NCBI GenBank assembly: GCA_038496445.1 | Contig: JALMLS010000304.1 | Span: 62,001-126,000 of the forward strand | Source: Trichosphaerium sp. ATCC 40318 | Lineage: Eukaryota; Protista; Tubulinea | Direction: 5' to 3' | DNA length: 64,000 nt | Shown: positions 13,701 to 26,615 of the stretch, piece after piece | Numbering within the stretch: the stretch's first letter is position 1 | Layout of the letters: every line of letters begins with the position of its first letter | The notes under the pieces: generated by a model | What the model saw: only the letters and a program-made list of their open reading frames with translations | The model's database searches: none | Told to the model about the DNA's origin: nothing | Position numbers and translations under genes: made by a program

Positions 13701-16600
13701 ATGGGGGAGCTCAACGATTGGCTAATTTTAATAGGTACCGTGGTAGTAATGTGAAAAGAAGTTAATCATTTCCATTAGTTGTAACTGCTATTGCCCTGTA
13801 TTATTTGAGGTTTGTAGAGCCGTTAATTGAAAACTAACTGTCAAATAGGGCTACTATTAATCCAAATATCTCGAAATGCGGTGAAATAGCACTAAATGGC
13901 ATCGAGGCGCGTGGATTTCGGTTAACAAGCATTAACAAGCAATATAGGGGAATATACATCCTGTTCTTCTCCCAAATACGAAGGGAAGCACGGAAATGGT
14001 TACAGTGACTAACGTTGATGGGTAAGGTAATAATTTGATCAACCTCTGATTTATGTCAGATACGTTGGCCTCGTGAGTTTCCGAGCTACCGCCAATAACT
14101 CTCTTGTGACAACGAAACATAAGATTAACCTTAACGCTGCGCGTCACTACGCCAGAGGGCAGCATCCTATCCATCTCAATGGTTTTGTAGACAAAAAGCG
14201 TTCTAAAGCCTTCCTTGTATGTGCTATAACATCTAGAGCGTAATCTCATAACAATTGTTGTAGATTATTGTCGACAACAAGCTAGATATGACTCTCATCG
14301 ACTCTGAAACGTTCAAGGTTGTCTGGCAGAGTACTATACCATTCACAAAGGTTATGCCAACCTTTGTTAACTCTTTATTCACTTCAAAACCGATGAGAGT
14401 CAACGAGAACGGAGCTATCATTATTGTTGTTACAGGGACACCCGAAGATTTGGATTCATACGATGAAGATCCAGATGAAGCTGTAGCTGTCTTTTCTTTC
14501 GATTTAGATACAGGGGCACTAAGGGTTTGTCATATTACTACATGAACATCGGGATTAACATGCTACTGTGTTTTAGTGGCATTACTTTGCTGCAGATTGG
14601 GAAAAAAGGCTAAACGATGAAGTTGTTGATGATCATCGTCTTGATCATATTGTATTTGGTAATGAGCATAGTAAAAAGGCTCATATTCTCGCGCAAGTAG
14701 ATCATAAACACAAGGATCCACAGGATTGGAGAAGCTTAAAAAAAAGCTTCTTGGATAGGTACGAGAATAGAAAATTTTCTTTTACTTGGAAGGAAATAAT
14801 GTTTTTTTTCTGTAGTCTTCCTCATCGTTGGGACGATCTAAGCGATACTTCAATGTCTCTTGTTAGGTACGTATTTAGTTACTTTAATTTTATTAGTGCT
14901 CGAGAGCGCTCAAGACTAACTTGTTAAAAAGATTGGAGGCTTCAAAGGTTGGTAGAAATAAGAATGAAGGTTCATGGAGTGCTGATAGTATTGGACTCAG
15001 AGAATCTCATCATTTAGTTTCACCAACAAAACCTGATAAAAAGATTGTTGAAAAGCCAAATGGAGTTATGATACGATGGCGTCATGGTCTCCAAGCACTA
15101 CATTTGTGGACTGGTACTGACCTTTGGAAAACATAATTTTGTGATTTTTAAATTTATTTTAGGACGTCCTATTGCTCATATTTCAGTGTCTCCATACCAG
15201 TTATTAATAGACATCAACAATGATCATGAGATAGAAGCAACATTTGTAGATATAGGAACAGAAAGTGGTACGTTGTGAAGAACAAACCTTCTACAGTTCT
15301 ATTCGTCCAAATCCAACTTTTTCTCACAACAGAAACGTCATTTATTCTTTCGACTATAAAACAGTTTTTCAACGCATGGATTTGAACTGTAAATCATTAG
15401 TTTGTAAATTCCGAAACGGAGTCTCATTATTATTTAGAATCACGTGATGATGACGGAGAAGAAGGTAACATCGTTTCCGTGGTTGTTGTTTTTTTTAAAG
15501 AGATTGTTAATACGATATTTAAGGTATCCATACGCCGTACCAGCTAGTGACAGTTTCACTAAACTCAAGAGTAATTTTACAATATGATATACCATTTCCT
15601 AGAGATGTTGGTCACGAGAATACCTTCGCTGAGGATAATCAGTACAGAGACGCTGTTACACCACTCTATGCAAAGTCAGCGTATGAAAAAGAACCCTCAA
15701 TCGCACTATCACGTTCTGACCAGCTTTTGTAAACTAGGCGTTCTAAATGGGGTGCTTATATTGTGTTCACTAATGATGGCATTGTCACTGCTATTGATCC
15801 AAAGTACGTTCATAACTTCTAAATTTTTTTGGTTGCTTGGTTGCTCTTTTTGCACAGGGATCATAAAAGGGATGCTTAAGGCGCTTAAGCCTCATTTAAA
15901 CTGTTGTTCTGGTTTGTAAAGTTTCTTTTAGAGGACATTTATCTTGGCAGGTTCAGACATCTTGTGAGTGGAATAGAGACGAAGGAGATGAAAGAGCACC
16001 TGCTTCTATGGCTACACATTCAACCCAAGTACATAAAGAATACTCGTAGTAGGTTGGAAAAACTAACGTATGTTTCCTAAAGGATTGGGTTGTACTTGTT
16101 GGAAGTGATAGTATATGTATTGTAGACTTTGTTTGGGGCTCCATTGTGTTACAAGAGCCTCTAGTGAATTCTGGAGAAGCTTATGATGCATTGACATTAT
16201 TAACTTTCGGTGATGTTAATGGTGACACTGTAGATGATATTATTATCACAAAGGGCAACAGGTAAGCAGTACATCTTTGTGGTTTTTGTTAACAACTTTT
16301 TGAACTTTTTTTTGACTTTTTATTTGTTCTTTTGACGGTTCCTTTAGCATCACAGTATTCTCTGTAATGGGCCAAACAATATATAAAAACCGTGTTGAAT
16401 TGATTGTACAGGCATTAGCAATATTGGTGCGTGTTGCGTTAAGCAACAAATCATTTTCTTTGCAAGCAACTTTCAGGCGATCAACTTTTGTCTATTTTCC
16501 CACCTTTCTTGTTCTCACTATTTGCTTGTTTTAGATACTTACGTTATTATGCGTTATAGTTGTTTATAAATTACTCGTGCCAAATAGTAAGCGTGAATAA
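13701..16600 (+). CDS. FG-GAP-repeat membrane protein, similar to the plant NERD1/At3g51050 family
   Basis: N-terminal hydrophobic segment (WLILIVVTAIALYYL), FSFDLDTGALRW, LPHRWDDLSDT, LHLWTGRPIAHI..LIDINNDHEIE, TFGDVNGDTVDDII, C-terminal TM and stop at 16600. Family assignment is from recalled motifs. Confidence 0.65.
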
Positions 16601-16777
16601 ATACACTGTAATATGAAAAAGTCTACAATACTGCAAAAGCAATTTTTAGTTGAAAAAAAGTTCACTTTGAGCCACGTGATACGTTTCTATTTCGTTTTTT
16701 TGCGTAGTTTATCTTGAGCAAGGACGCAATGATTTGATTTATTAATACAAATGTTGTAGTGTACATTAATGCTTGTT

Positions 16778-19700
16778 TTATTCAAGTGCATCAGACTTGA
16801 TACTAAAAGTACAATTGGCACATACATTATGAAAAGAAGTACCAAAAGAACAAAAAGGTTCATATTCTACACCCATGTCCTTAGCCTTTTGTTTTGCAGT
16901 TTCCTCCCTCTCTCTTAGTTTTTTGAGTACTTTTTTGTACGTCCATTTTGGTCCATAAGGCATAAAGACATCATCATAACCTATAGAAGAAAAAATTAAG
17001 AAAAAAACCCAACAAAGATTGACTTGTGTTTGTACCTCCTTTGTCCCCTGATGACTTATCTCCTGTTTTTCTAGGTGTACCGATATCACCCTGGTTATAT
17101 TTAAAATGTAGAAAAATAGACCTCGCTAAAGAGCTAAGGTTATGGACAGCTTTGTATGAAGACACCATATCAGTTTGTTGCTTAGAATTTAGAAGTTTGG
17201 TTTTATCAAAGAGCAATGATCCAAATCCTTGGTTCACAATTAGATGAGATGCGATGGAATGAATCTCTGTAGTTACCTCTTTTACTATACTTATAGATCC
17301 TTTTATCTGTGGTAGAGGCTTTCTTCCCGACGTAATAAGTTACATCCAAAAAGTTCATTCTTGTGTTGAAAGCACGTAAAGCCCTTCATTATTTTAACCA
17401 GTTAGTCACCGTTTTAGATCACGTGCTACATACCTATTTGATACAAAAACAGATTCGCCATCATAAACAGCACATACACAATCAAGATCGTAAAATCGGA
17501 CTATGTCAGCTACAAAACAAAGGTCAACAAAAGCTGTTTCTTGTTGGCAAAAAATCTAATTTTTCTGAAAGTTACCTGGCGTTTTGTAGTTTCGTAGAAT
17601 GACTTGTACACATCTATGTGGGTATCTACACACATATCAGTATATGACAACATATTGGTGACGTACCCAAGGTAGAAAGAAACAGCAAATTTAGTGTGAA
17701 CTATCAGCATTTTACCATAGTTGTATTGCAGCTAGAATTTTAACAAGTCAAAAAAAAGGAACCAAACTTTAACGGGAGTACTCACAATGTCATGAATGCT
17801 ATTTAAAATATCGAAAGCAGTATCATCTGAGACACCAACAATATATAGATCAATATCTGAGTTTCCATAGTTACTCTTAATACTTAAGAACGCATTAGAT
17901 GTCATTGAAGAAGAATTACAGTGGGTTTTTTTGTGGAGCAATTGAGAAGTTTTTGAGTTGACACGTGATAAAAAAAAAAGCAAGTTTGCTATAGGAAGTC
18001 AAACGTTGTTTTATGATTGCTTTCCGGGACGGTTTATGAATGAGATTGCCCTCAAAACAAAGGAATGTTGGTAGTACTTACTCGTTAAATTCTTCAACAG
18101 GTGATGGTCTCATTAAACATGCTGATACTGAACCACCAGCAACATACACGTGATCCATTTCTAAGAACTTATCTACTAGACCATTTGTGAATTCTTCAAA
18201 ATTATTTCTAAACGTTGTAATGCTTTGAACAATAGAAGGTTCGCCTAGATCTCGAGTAAGCTTTTTTGGATACTTTCAGTTTTATCTTACCTTCCTCCCT
18301 CTCCTTCAAGTCACCTAACGCATTATCGGTAGGAAGTATAAGTACAGGGAGTAGCTTCTCATCAGATGAGAGCTCACGGAACTTGAACTTTTGATTGTCA
18401 TCAAACACGTTGATGAGTGTTTCTGTAAGAATAGACGTATCAGTGATAAATATTTATAACATAAAACTTAATAGCTTTTTTTTTACGCACTCTCGCGCCA
18501 TCTATTGTTCTCGATAGATGCATTAAGAACAGATTGCGTAATTAAGTCCTTAGTATTGTCTTGCCATAAGTATCCTTCATCTCGAATAGATAAAAGGTAA
18601 TCATAAGGTAACTTTGAAAGAACAAGAGATACAAGTTCTGACGATGTGATCTAGACAAAAACTCCGATAAGTTGCTATTCGCTGCTGTGTTTCGAGTTCA
18701 TTTAAACCAAGAAAGTACTAATTCTCTTGGATTTGGATCGAGAAAGCGCTGTTGCCTAGCCTAAAAGATAAAAATGTTTACCTCCATTAGATGATCAATG
18801 AAATCAGGTATTGATGATTTTGGTTCACGTGATATCTTCCTAGCAAGTTCAATAGCAAACTCAGCATTCTTTTCAGGATCATCATCTAGAACATCAACAA
18901 CATTAAAGTGTCCACATTTTCTGCCTGTTCGTATAGCTTCCATGATACGTTTTCTATGACCTTCAAAAAAAATTCAGTCACACAAATAGTTATAACACGT
19001 GATGGAGGACACTCTATTCATTACCTAATATAGACACCCCTAGATCCTTTCGCAGGTCCTTTTCAGTAATTGACGGCATAATAGATCCATAAACTTGATG
19101 TTCAATAAACTTTGAAGCGTATTGTTCAAACCCTAACTTAACGAGCCAACCTCTAACTTCCTTAAACAAGTGTAAGTTCACTGACTTGTCTTTTAAAAAG
19201 ACTATGACGTACCGAGCTCTTCTGAGGTAATGCATTATCCACAGCGATACGAGCACGCTTTGCTGGTCTGCCACTTTTGCTAACACGTGTAGCAAGAGAT
19301 TTGTATGGCACAAAAAAGTTATCTTTGCTAACAGTCTTTTTCTTCGGGTTTTGTTTACGCCAAGTTTCTGTTGGAGACGAAGTGTATGGGTACTTACGTT
19401 TCAGCTTGTGAACTTTAAATTTTGGTTTTGAGGGTGCACTGTTGTTGTTGAGTTTTGAAAACCAATCTTTGATAGAAGGACTATCAAACTCTAAGGTATA
19501 AGGAGCATGTTTTGTGTTAATGCTCTTTTGGCCGCGGAATTCGTTGACAATTGCATTCTTAACAGTTATCTCATCGCCAATAGATATAGGAGGGTCAGTT
19601 GCATCTGCATACCTATGAATGATTAAGTGAGTGGAGACTAATGACTGAGGAGATTGTACCATAATGTGAATTTAACGGAGTCGTTGTTTGAGTCAGAAAG

Positions 19701-22700
19701 GCGAAAGTCACGCTTTGGAAGAGGATTACCAGTTGAAGGAGCCATAATAACTTGAACATGACCAACACTTATCACTCTCGCTTTAAAACCTTTCCGTTAA
19801 AGAACAAACAAATCAAAATAATAAGTAAAAAAGGGAGAATAAAATGAGAATCAAAAGGATACTGACAAGACTATTGTGAGGTAACTTGAGAATCTCACTG
19901 AATGTCTGCATTGTGTACTGAGGTTTAGGAAATTGGTTTTGTTTATAAAATTCTTCTTCAAATAAAGAGTTGTGTCTCAGATGAAGCTCATAATCATGCT
20001 CGCTCAGTTGAACATATTTTTTATGATAGCATTTTACAAGGCAATTAGATACCTCATATACCTAAAATCAAACCTCGTTACACTTAAACAGGGAGTATTA
20101 TAAGCAATTACCTTTCCTCTATTAACAATCTTAAAGAACTTTTCAGCAACATCATTGTAAGCAACACAACGTATTCCATCTCTCTACCGAAAAAAAGTTA
20201 AAATAAAATTAAAACCACGTGGAGTTACGTTGGCGTCCATGAGCTCAAAATAAAACCAACAACCAGGCTTCTTGTGCTTCTTATCAACATCCCATCTATA
20301 AAGCTCTGATTTATAAATAACCCTAGCAGATACAACCCAAGAAGAAATATAAGGATTCAAACTCTTAATCGGAAAAAATTCTTCCGCTATGCTGGTATCG
20401 CTAGAGCTCATCTCATTAGAACTAGACAGCCAAGCGCTCTTAGCCTTCGGATTTTGTTTTTCTTCCTTCTCTTGATGTTCTTTTCTAGTATTTTGGCTTG
20501 ATGAACTGCCAAGGAAAAGAGGTTGAGAACCCATATCAAAAACACTAGGTCCTTCTTGTGACATTTCTTCATCAATTTCAACTTCATATTCTTCTTCAAC
20601 TTCTTCTTCGGCTTGCGCAATCAAGAAATCTTCGTCCATCATTGCGTCACTAGATCCTTGCTGAAGTAAAAGTAAGTGAGGAACGAGTTTGTGATGTTGT
20701 TGACATACACTGGAGAGCATCTTTTTTCTATCTTCTTCAGGTATTGGTATGTCTTGGTTGTCAGCGAAGTAAAAATCTTTTACAGGTACTTGTAAAAAAT
20801 CTGTTGAAGATGAAGCGATAGATATCTTTAAAGGTTTCTGTGAAGCACTTTTCTCCTCTTCTTCTTGTTCTTCATCTTTAGCTTGTTTATTATCAACTGT
20901 ATCAATAATATCATAGTCTTCCATAGCCTCATCCTCAGATTGGTATCCTTTAGCAAGTGTGAAGCAGTCTTCATCGAAACCACCTTAAAACAGCAACTGT
21001 CAAAAAAATTGAGAATCAAAAGATTGCTTTACCTGACTCCAATTCTTGGTCTACTCTGTAGCCATTGTTTGAGTCTGACAACGGATCTGATCCACTCAAT
21101 TTCTCCTCTGTAGAAGGTAATTTAATCTGAAAATCAGATAATGAAACGTTAGTCTCTTCAACAGGATCAACAATCATCTCATCCTTAACTACAAATAGTT
21201 TGTTAGAGATTTCTTCTTGGGATAGAAAAATAAAGTGTATTACTGTGACAAGAAGGTTCATCCACCATATCTTCGACATGATCCAAGTAATTATATGTAA
21301 ACTCGATTAGGTATCTCAATCTAAGGGCGAAACAGTAAGATACAACAAAGAGCCTTGCTTAAACCAAGCTACCTCTGTTGATTTTTATTGTATACTGCAT
21401 ATTCATCCTCAGAAAACGCAGATTTAATATAATCTGTTGACTTTACACCCTTCGCGCTATGGTAGTTTACAGGCGTATTAGACATACCATACTGAGCGGT
21501 AAAGTAATCCTAAAAACAAAAGAGTTAAGTAAATTGAAACAGGATTGAAGCATTCACCTTAATTTTGCCGAGAGCGACATCAGCCAAAGCCATAAAGTAA
21601 CTTCCATCTCTTGTACCAGAACAATAATTCCCTGCAGTAGTAGCTTTAGGTGCGAAGTATATACCAAGACCCAAAGATCCCTGTCAAAACCGTGAGGAAA
21701 AAGTACCACTAAAAATGTACGTACTTGATCTGTTCTTTGAGCTCCAATTGCTGTTGCATCACATGGTTTCAGCATACCACGTGATAATAAGCCAACCCAA
21801 TTTTCTAACAGAAACCAACATATTAAGCATGGACAAACGGACTAACATAAGCGATAGTACGTACCTACTTTACTTCCATGAAAAAGCAAATTAACATTAA
21901 AAATATCATTCGTAAAGTTTTTATAATCAGCTTCTCTTTTTATTTCAAAAATATTTAGCACTTCCAAAATGCCGTCATCATTTTCTTTAACTTTTGATAA
22001 AACTCTTTCATAATCAGGTGAATCCTATGAAGAAAAAGAAATGAGACTCTTGAAAACAAAAGAAAACAAAACAAGTACTTTGTTAAGCAACTTTATCTCG
22101 CAATTTAGGGCTCTGTATTTTGCCTCAGCTTCTAGTTCTTGAGTTGCATGTGCCCTAGGATTCATATCCATGCGTTGGCTCAACTAAAACAGTAGTTAAT
22201 ATTATTAAAGAGAATTCTTCGCTACCTTGATTAAGTCATTCATTACTTGGATAAGTTCTTGCTTCTCTTCCAACATTTGTGCGTTTCGGATTACGGCTGC
22301 ATCAACTTGAGCTTTTTCCTTTCCTATTCTATGAGGAATTACTGTATAAAAATCACTGGATAGCTTCTCTAGTTCAACTTCAGCTCCAGCTTGAAGAATG
22401 TGCGACTAATTCCAGCAAATGAGCAACAAAAAAGTTAACAGAAACTGAACTGTTACCTTGAGCACATCGCTAATTTGAGCTAGAACTTCTTCTCCTGATT
22501 TTAATTGAACATCTGTCAATACACCCAAAGGTGTTACAATTCCTGAAAAGATGTGAGCACCTATGAGACCAACAAGTTTCAAAAAAAGGTTATAAAACAA
22601 AAACATAAACATGCCTTGTGGTGTAATTTTTGCTCTAACTTTTGATACCATCAACTGAGTTGCCTCATCATACCTTTTTATAGAATAAATATCACTCAGA

Positions 22701-24037
22701 CGTTAAGATGTAACGCACAATTTTTCCACAAGTTCTTGAACCTCTGTGCGAAAAAAAAGATCAGTATTAACATAGGTTAATGAAGTATTACCTGGCGCCA
22801 AGTTCAATTCTTCAATCTCCTCCGGATCTTCGTAATCATCGCGCTTACGTTTGTTGGAAAATCCTAACTCTCCTCCAAGAATGTCCGTATGAGCTCCCTT
22901 ATTTTGCTCTTAGCACATTTGATTGTAAAAAAAAAACAAACTAGAACGCTTACTGCTTTAGAGCCAACATTGGATCGCTTTAATCCCACTATTCTATAAC
23001 CCTTCTTAGTACTGAGTTTATCCTGTAGGATGAGATCGAAAATGATCTACTAGATAGTTAAATGAACCGGTTGCAGGGTTTTTTTTTGTTTGTCTTTTTA
23101 TTACCTCGGCTTGTTTCTCGCTCTTTACGTATCGACAGTGCTTCGTCCCGAACTCACCATCTTCTGTAATGTCATCCGTGCATCCAAAATGTGTAAATAC
23201 GCGCCAGTAAGTTCTCATCAATTCTGTAGCTTTATGTATCTCCATAAAATAATATTTGTTTAAACCCTTCTGCAAGTTGGTACACTAAAAAAAAAGACAA
23301 AGTAAGCTTCATCGTTGCAAATTTTTTTTCGGTGCGCACGTGCATAGCCACGTTTTTAGTGATTATGTAGTCTTTTGGAAAATAAGGTGCAATGTCTTCT
23401 CCCCATAGATAAATACGCGTTAAACCAAAGTGAGCTGGCCTGTTTGATAAATTTTCGTCTATGCCTAATTTATCCAAACGTTATTTCCAGGAACACTCAA
23501 AACTATGTCTTACGCTCTTGATCACTTGTATCTGTACTATTGGGTTGTTGTTGATTTGTTTCTTTCGGCGTGGCCCGATTTACGCTGTAATCCATTGTCA
23601 TAGCGGCAAAGTAAGGTTTTTCAACACCTTTAACCAGAAAGTCCTCTTCTGAGAGTTTTTGCTGAAATAATTAGTTTGTAACGTGACATTTCAGTAGAAC
23701 GCACTCTGTGTATACAACAGTGGTATAGCCACTCTATGTTGACTAATTTGGCGCCATGTTTTTTTGCTCTGACAACTTTTGAAGAATTATTTATCACTTC
23801 AGTCTCTGTAGTTACCAAATGTGTTACCTAACGCATGTGAGAGGCGTCTACAAATGTAATTTTGGTCTATAAATTGTTCTGAAGATAAAACGTTACAAAC
23901 TCATCTAGGCGTACCTGACGCGTTACCAACGCATTATATTGGCCTCCGAACAGCCGAACAATATCTTTCTGCTGCAACAGTGTGGATTTGTCAAAAATGC
24001 CCGCTGTAGCGATGCAAACATCGCTAAGACAATTCAT
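16778..24037 (-). CDS. Large multidomain PARP: BRCT - WGR-like - PARP regulatory - PARP catalytic - acidic linker - two RPA70-like OB folds - SAM - pol-beta-superfamily nucleotidyltransferase-like domain
   Basis: BRCT (FGGQY, VTHLV, LVNIEWLYHC); WGR-like (NKYYFMEIH, RVFTHFG); regulatory (TPLGVLTDVQL, STDFYTVIPH); catalytic LLFHGS, GIFGLGIYFA, SEDEYAVY, QQRLRYLIEF; OB FPIKSLNPYISSWVVSARV and VKNAIVNEFRGQKSIN; SAM EVRGWLVKLGFEQYASKF..DLGVSILGHRKRI; NTase-like YVAGGSVSACL..SDIDLYIVG..YDLDCVCAVYDG. Confidence 0.8.
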
Positions 24038-25576
24038 TGCGCTTGCGCGAAGAGAAGTGGTGTTTTTAGAAATGGTTAGAAGAACTGTAACCACAAAACA
24101 GTTTAGAAATTTACAAAAAATTCAAAACGTAATTGTAAGAATTAGCGAGTCAAACAAGGCATGAAAACGCTTGGTAAATAATTTCACCGGTTGTGTGGGT
24201 ACACATCTGTACTGGTACTGTATTTTATCCATTCTCAAGAAAATTACAGGCGAATTTATTTTTGGATACAAAAATGCCTTTTGGTTGTTTTTGAGCCGAC
24301 ATAACGATAGAAACGTGGGCAATGATCTACAAGGTCTTGTCTCTTGAATTCCAATAGTAGCAAGTCTAAAGCTCACAATCCAACAAAACATTTCACATCG
24401 CTTTCTACTTACGTAAGGAGATGTACAGAATGAAATGAATTGATTCCGAAAAAACACGAAATGTTCCGAAAAAAACACGAAATATTCCGAAACATTCCGT
24501 GTTTTTACTGGTAAGTAGATTGCCCTGGACAACCACATCTTAACACAGTTGAAGCAAGAAATTTTGGTTGGTTTCCAAGAGCATTGCAGTGAGCAGCTGT
24601 TCTTGTTCCAAAAAGTGACATAGAAAGAATGAGAAGTGTCACTGAGACATAGTACAATCAGTGGTTCCTGATATGGTGATTTGACTTTGTTTCATTTAGC
24701 GTTGTATACACGACTTTCGTAGTTTCTGTGTGTTGGAAGTGCTCCTTGCTTGTGCTACAGCAAATCAAGATGGTTTTCCGTGCATAACGAGCACTTTCCA
24801 AGCGATTCAAAAGTGATTTGAAAGCGCTTTCTTTTCGCTTCATAACGCCTTGGTAGAAACGCTCTAGAATCACTTGGAAAGCGGTTTGAAAGTGATTTGA
24901 AAGTGATTGCAAAGTGATTGCCAAGCGCTTTTTTTCCTCAAAGCATCAGTATTGGTTGTAATACATCTGAGGTGCACTTGCGAAATAACAAAATTGCAAA
25001 AGGTGCACCTACAACATCAAGAGATAAAAAAACTCATGTAGAAATCGCTTTGGAATCACTTTCAAATCACTTTCAAACCGCTTTCCAAGTGATTCTAAGG
25101 TGTTTCTACCAAGGCGTTATGAAGCGAAAAGAAAGCGCTTTCAAATCAGTTTCGTATCACTTCCAAAGTGATTGTTTTGCACAAAAACCATCTTGATTTG
25201 CTGTAGCACAAGCAAGGAGCACGTCCAACACACAAAAACTACGAAAGTCGCGTGTACAACGTTAAGTGAAAAAAACTTCTCCACAAAACCTATCAGGAGT
25301 ACCAGTGATTTTACTATCTCAATGACATTTCTTTAGACAACTTCGCAAAATACTCGCAGTACTGACTCAGATTATCGTGATTGCAAAAAGCTGTTATCAA
25401 CTTCACTTTTTTGTTACGAACTGCGCTGCAATGCTCTTATAAACTACCTACTAAAAGACCTTGCTTCAACTATATGAGATATGGTGTAATGACTATATTC
25501 CGTACTGTACTTAAACACGCCTGTACCTTAATACATAGGAGATTCCTAGGCTAACCTACTTGCCGTTTATCTCCAT

Positions 25577-26615
25577 CAGGGCTGAAACTCAGCTAGGCAT
25601 TGCCTTAAAAAATGATGCATATTCCTAACATTTGGCATTAGATGGCAAAATCAAGGCATTTGCATTTGGCAATGCCCAATAAAATAAGGCATTTTTACAA
25701 AAAGGCAATGCCTTCATCAAAAAGGCATTGATACCAGGCATTTTTGGGCATCTTTTGGCATTGCATAAAATCAGGTAATGCCTTGTATTGCATTTTTTGG
25801 CATTGCATAAAATCAAGTAATGCCCTGTATTGCAAGTACTTTATGCCTTTATTATGCCTTATTTTTTTAAGCAATATATGCCTTGTATTTTAATTCATAT
25901 ATAAGGCATTGCCTATACTATATCATAGGACTGATCACATTAAGGAAGTGGTTTAAGGTAAGTAACAGTCAAACAACTTTTACACTTTTTTTTTCACATC
26001 ACCTACTGACGTTTTATATAGACAGGCACCTAGCGCTCTTAGTAATTCATGAAATTAGACGAAACCACCGCCAAACGAACCGCAGCACCCTATTTCACCT
26101 ACAACAGTAGTAGGAGTGAACTCCGCGATATTTCCAGGACCGCGGAATTCTAACACTACAAGGTAAGTTTTTTTTTTTTTTTTTTCTACACCATCTCATA
26201 TTTTCTTTAAGGTTTTTTCAAATGTGGACTTAGGAGTTTTGTGTATTGTATGTGTACTGTATTATAAAATAAATAATTGTGTTATTACCTGAAAATGCCC
26301 TGGTTTATTAGGCACTGTAGACTATGATAATGCTTCCTTTTTGCCTTTAAAATAAGGCATTGATGCATGAGTTATGCCCTAATTTGAAGGGCATAATTCC
26401 TAAAAATATGCAGGCAAAACCATTGCAATCTTGTGTACCAGATGCAAGCATTTTTCATCAAATATAAGGCATTTTTGGAGCAAAAAATAAGGCATTGCCC
26501 TGTATTTGCCTTTTTGAATGAGGCAAAAACTAGGCATTTTTGTAAAAAATAAGGCATTATTTGGATGAAAATGCCTAGGCATTGTCCAAAAATGCCTTGT
26601 TGAGTTTCAGCCCTG
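25577..26615. mobile_element. Non-autonomous hAT-like MITE (1039 bp)
   Basis: Perfect 15-bp TIR CAGGGCTGAAACTCA / TGAGTTTCAGCCCTG. Dense AGGCAT/ATGCCT subterminal motifs at both ends. No transposase and no TSD. Superfamily is inferred from the CAGGG ends only. Confidence 0.85.

Noticed and set aside
24440-24510. Tandem repeats of about 20 bp (TTCCGAAAAAACACGAAAT) as a CRISPR array
   Set aside because: No unique spacers and only 2-3 units. They are part of transposon TIRs in a eukaryotic context.
24122-25196. ORFs with near-identical partners at 58347-59843 (e.g. MWLSRAIYLPVKTRNV..., ...SLSNHFQTAFQVIL...) as a duplicated gene family
   Set aside because: They are chance translations of the palindromic element's TIRs and arms.
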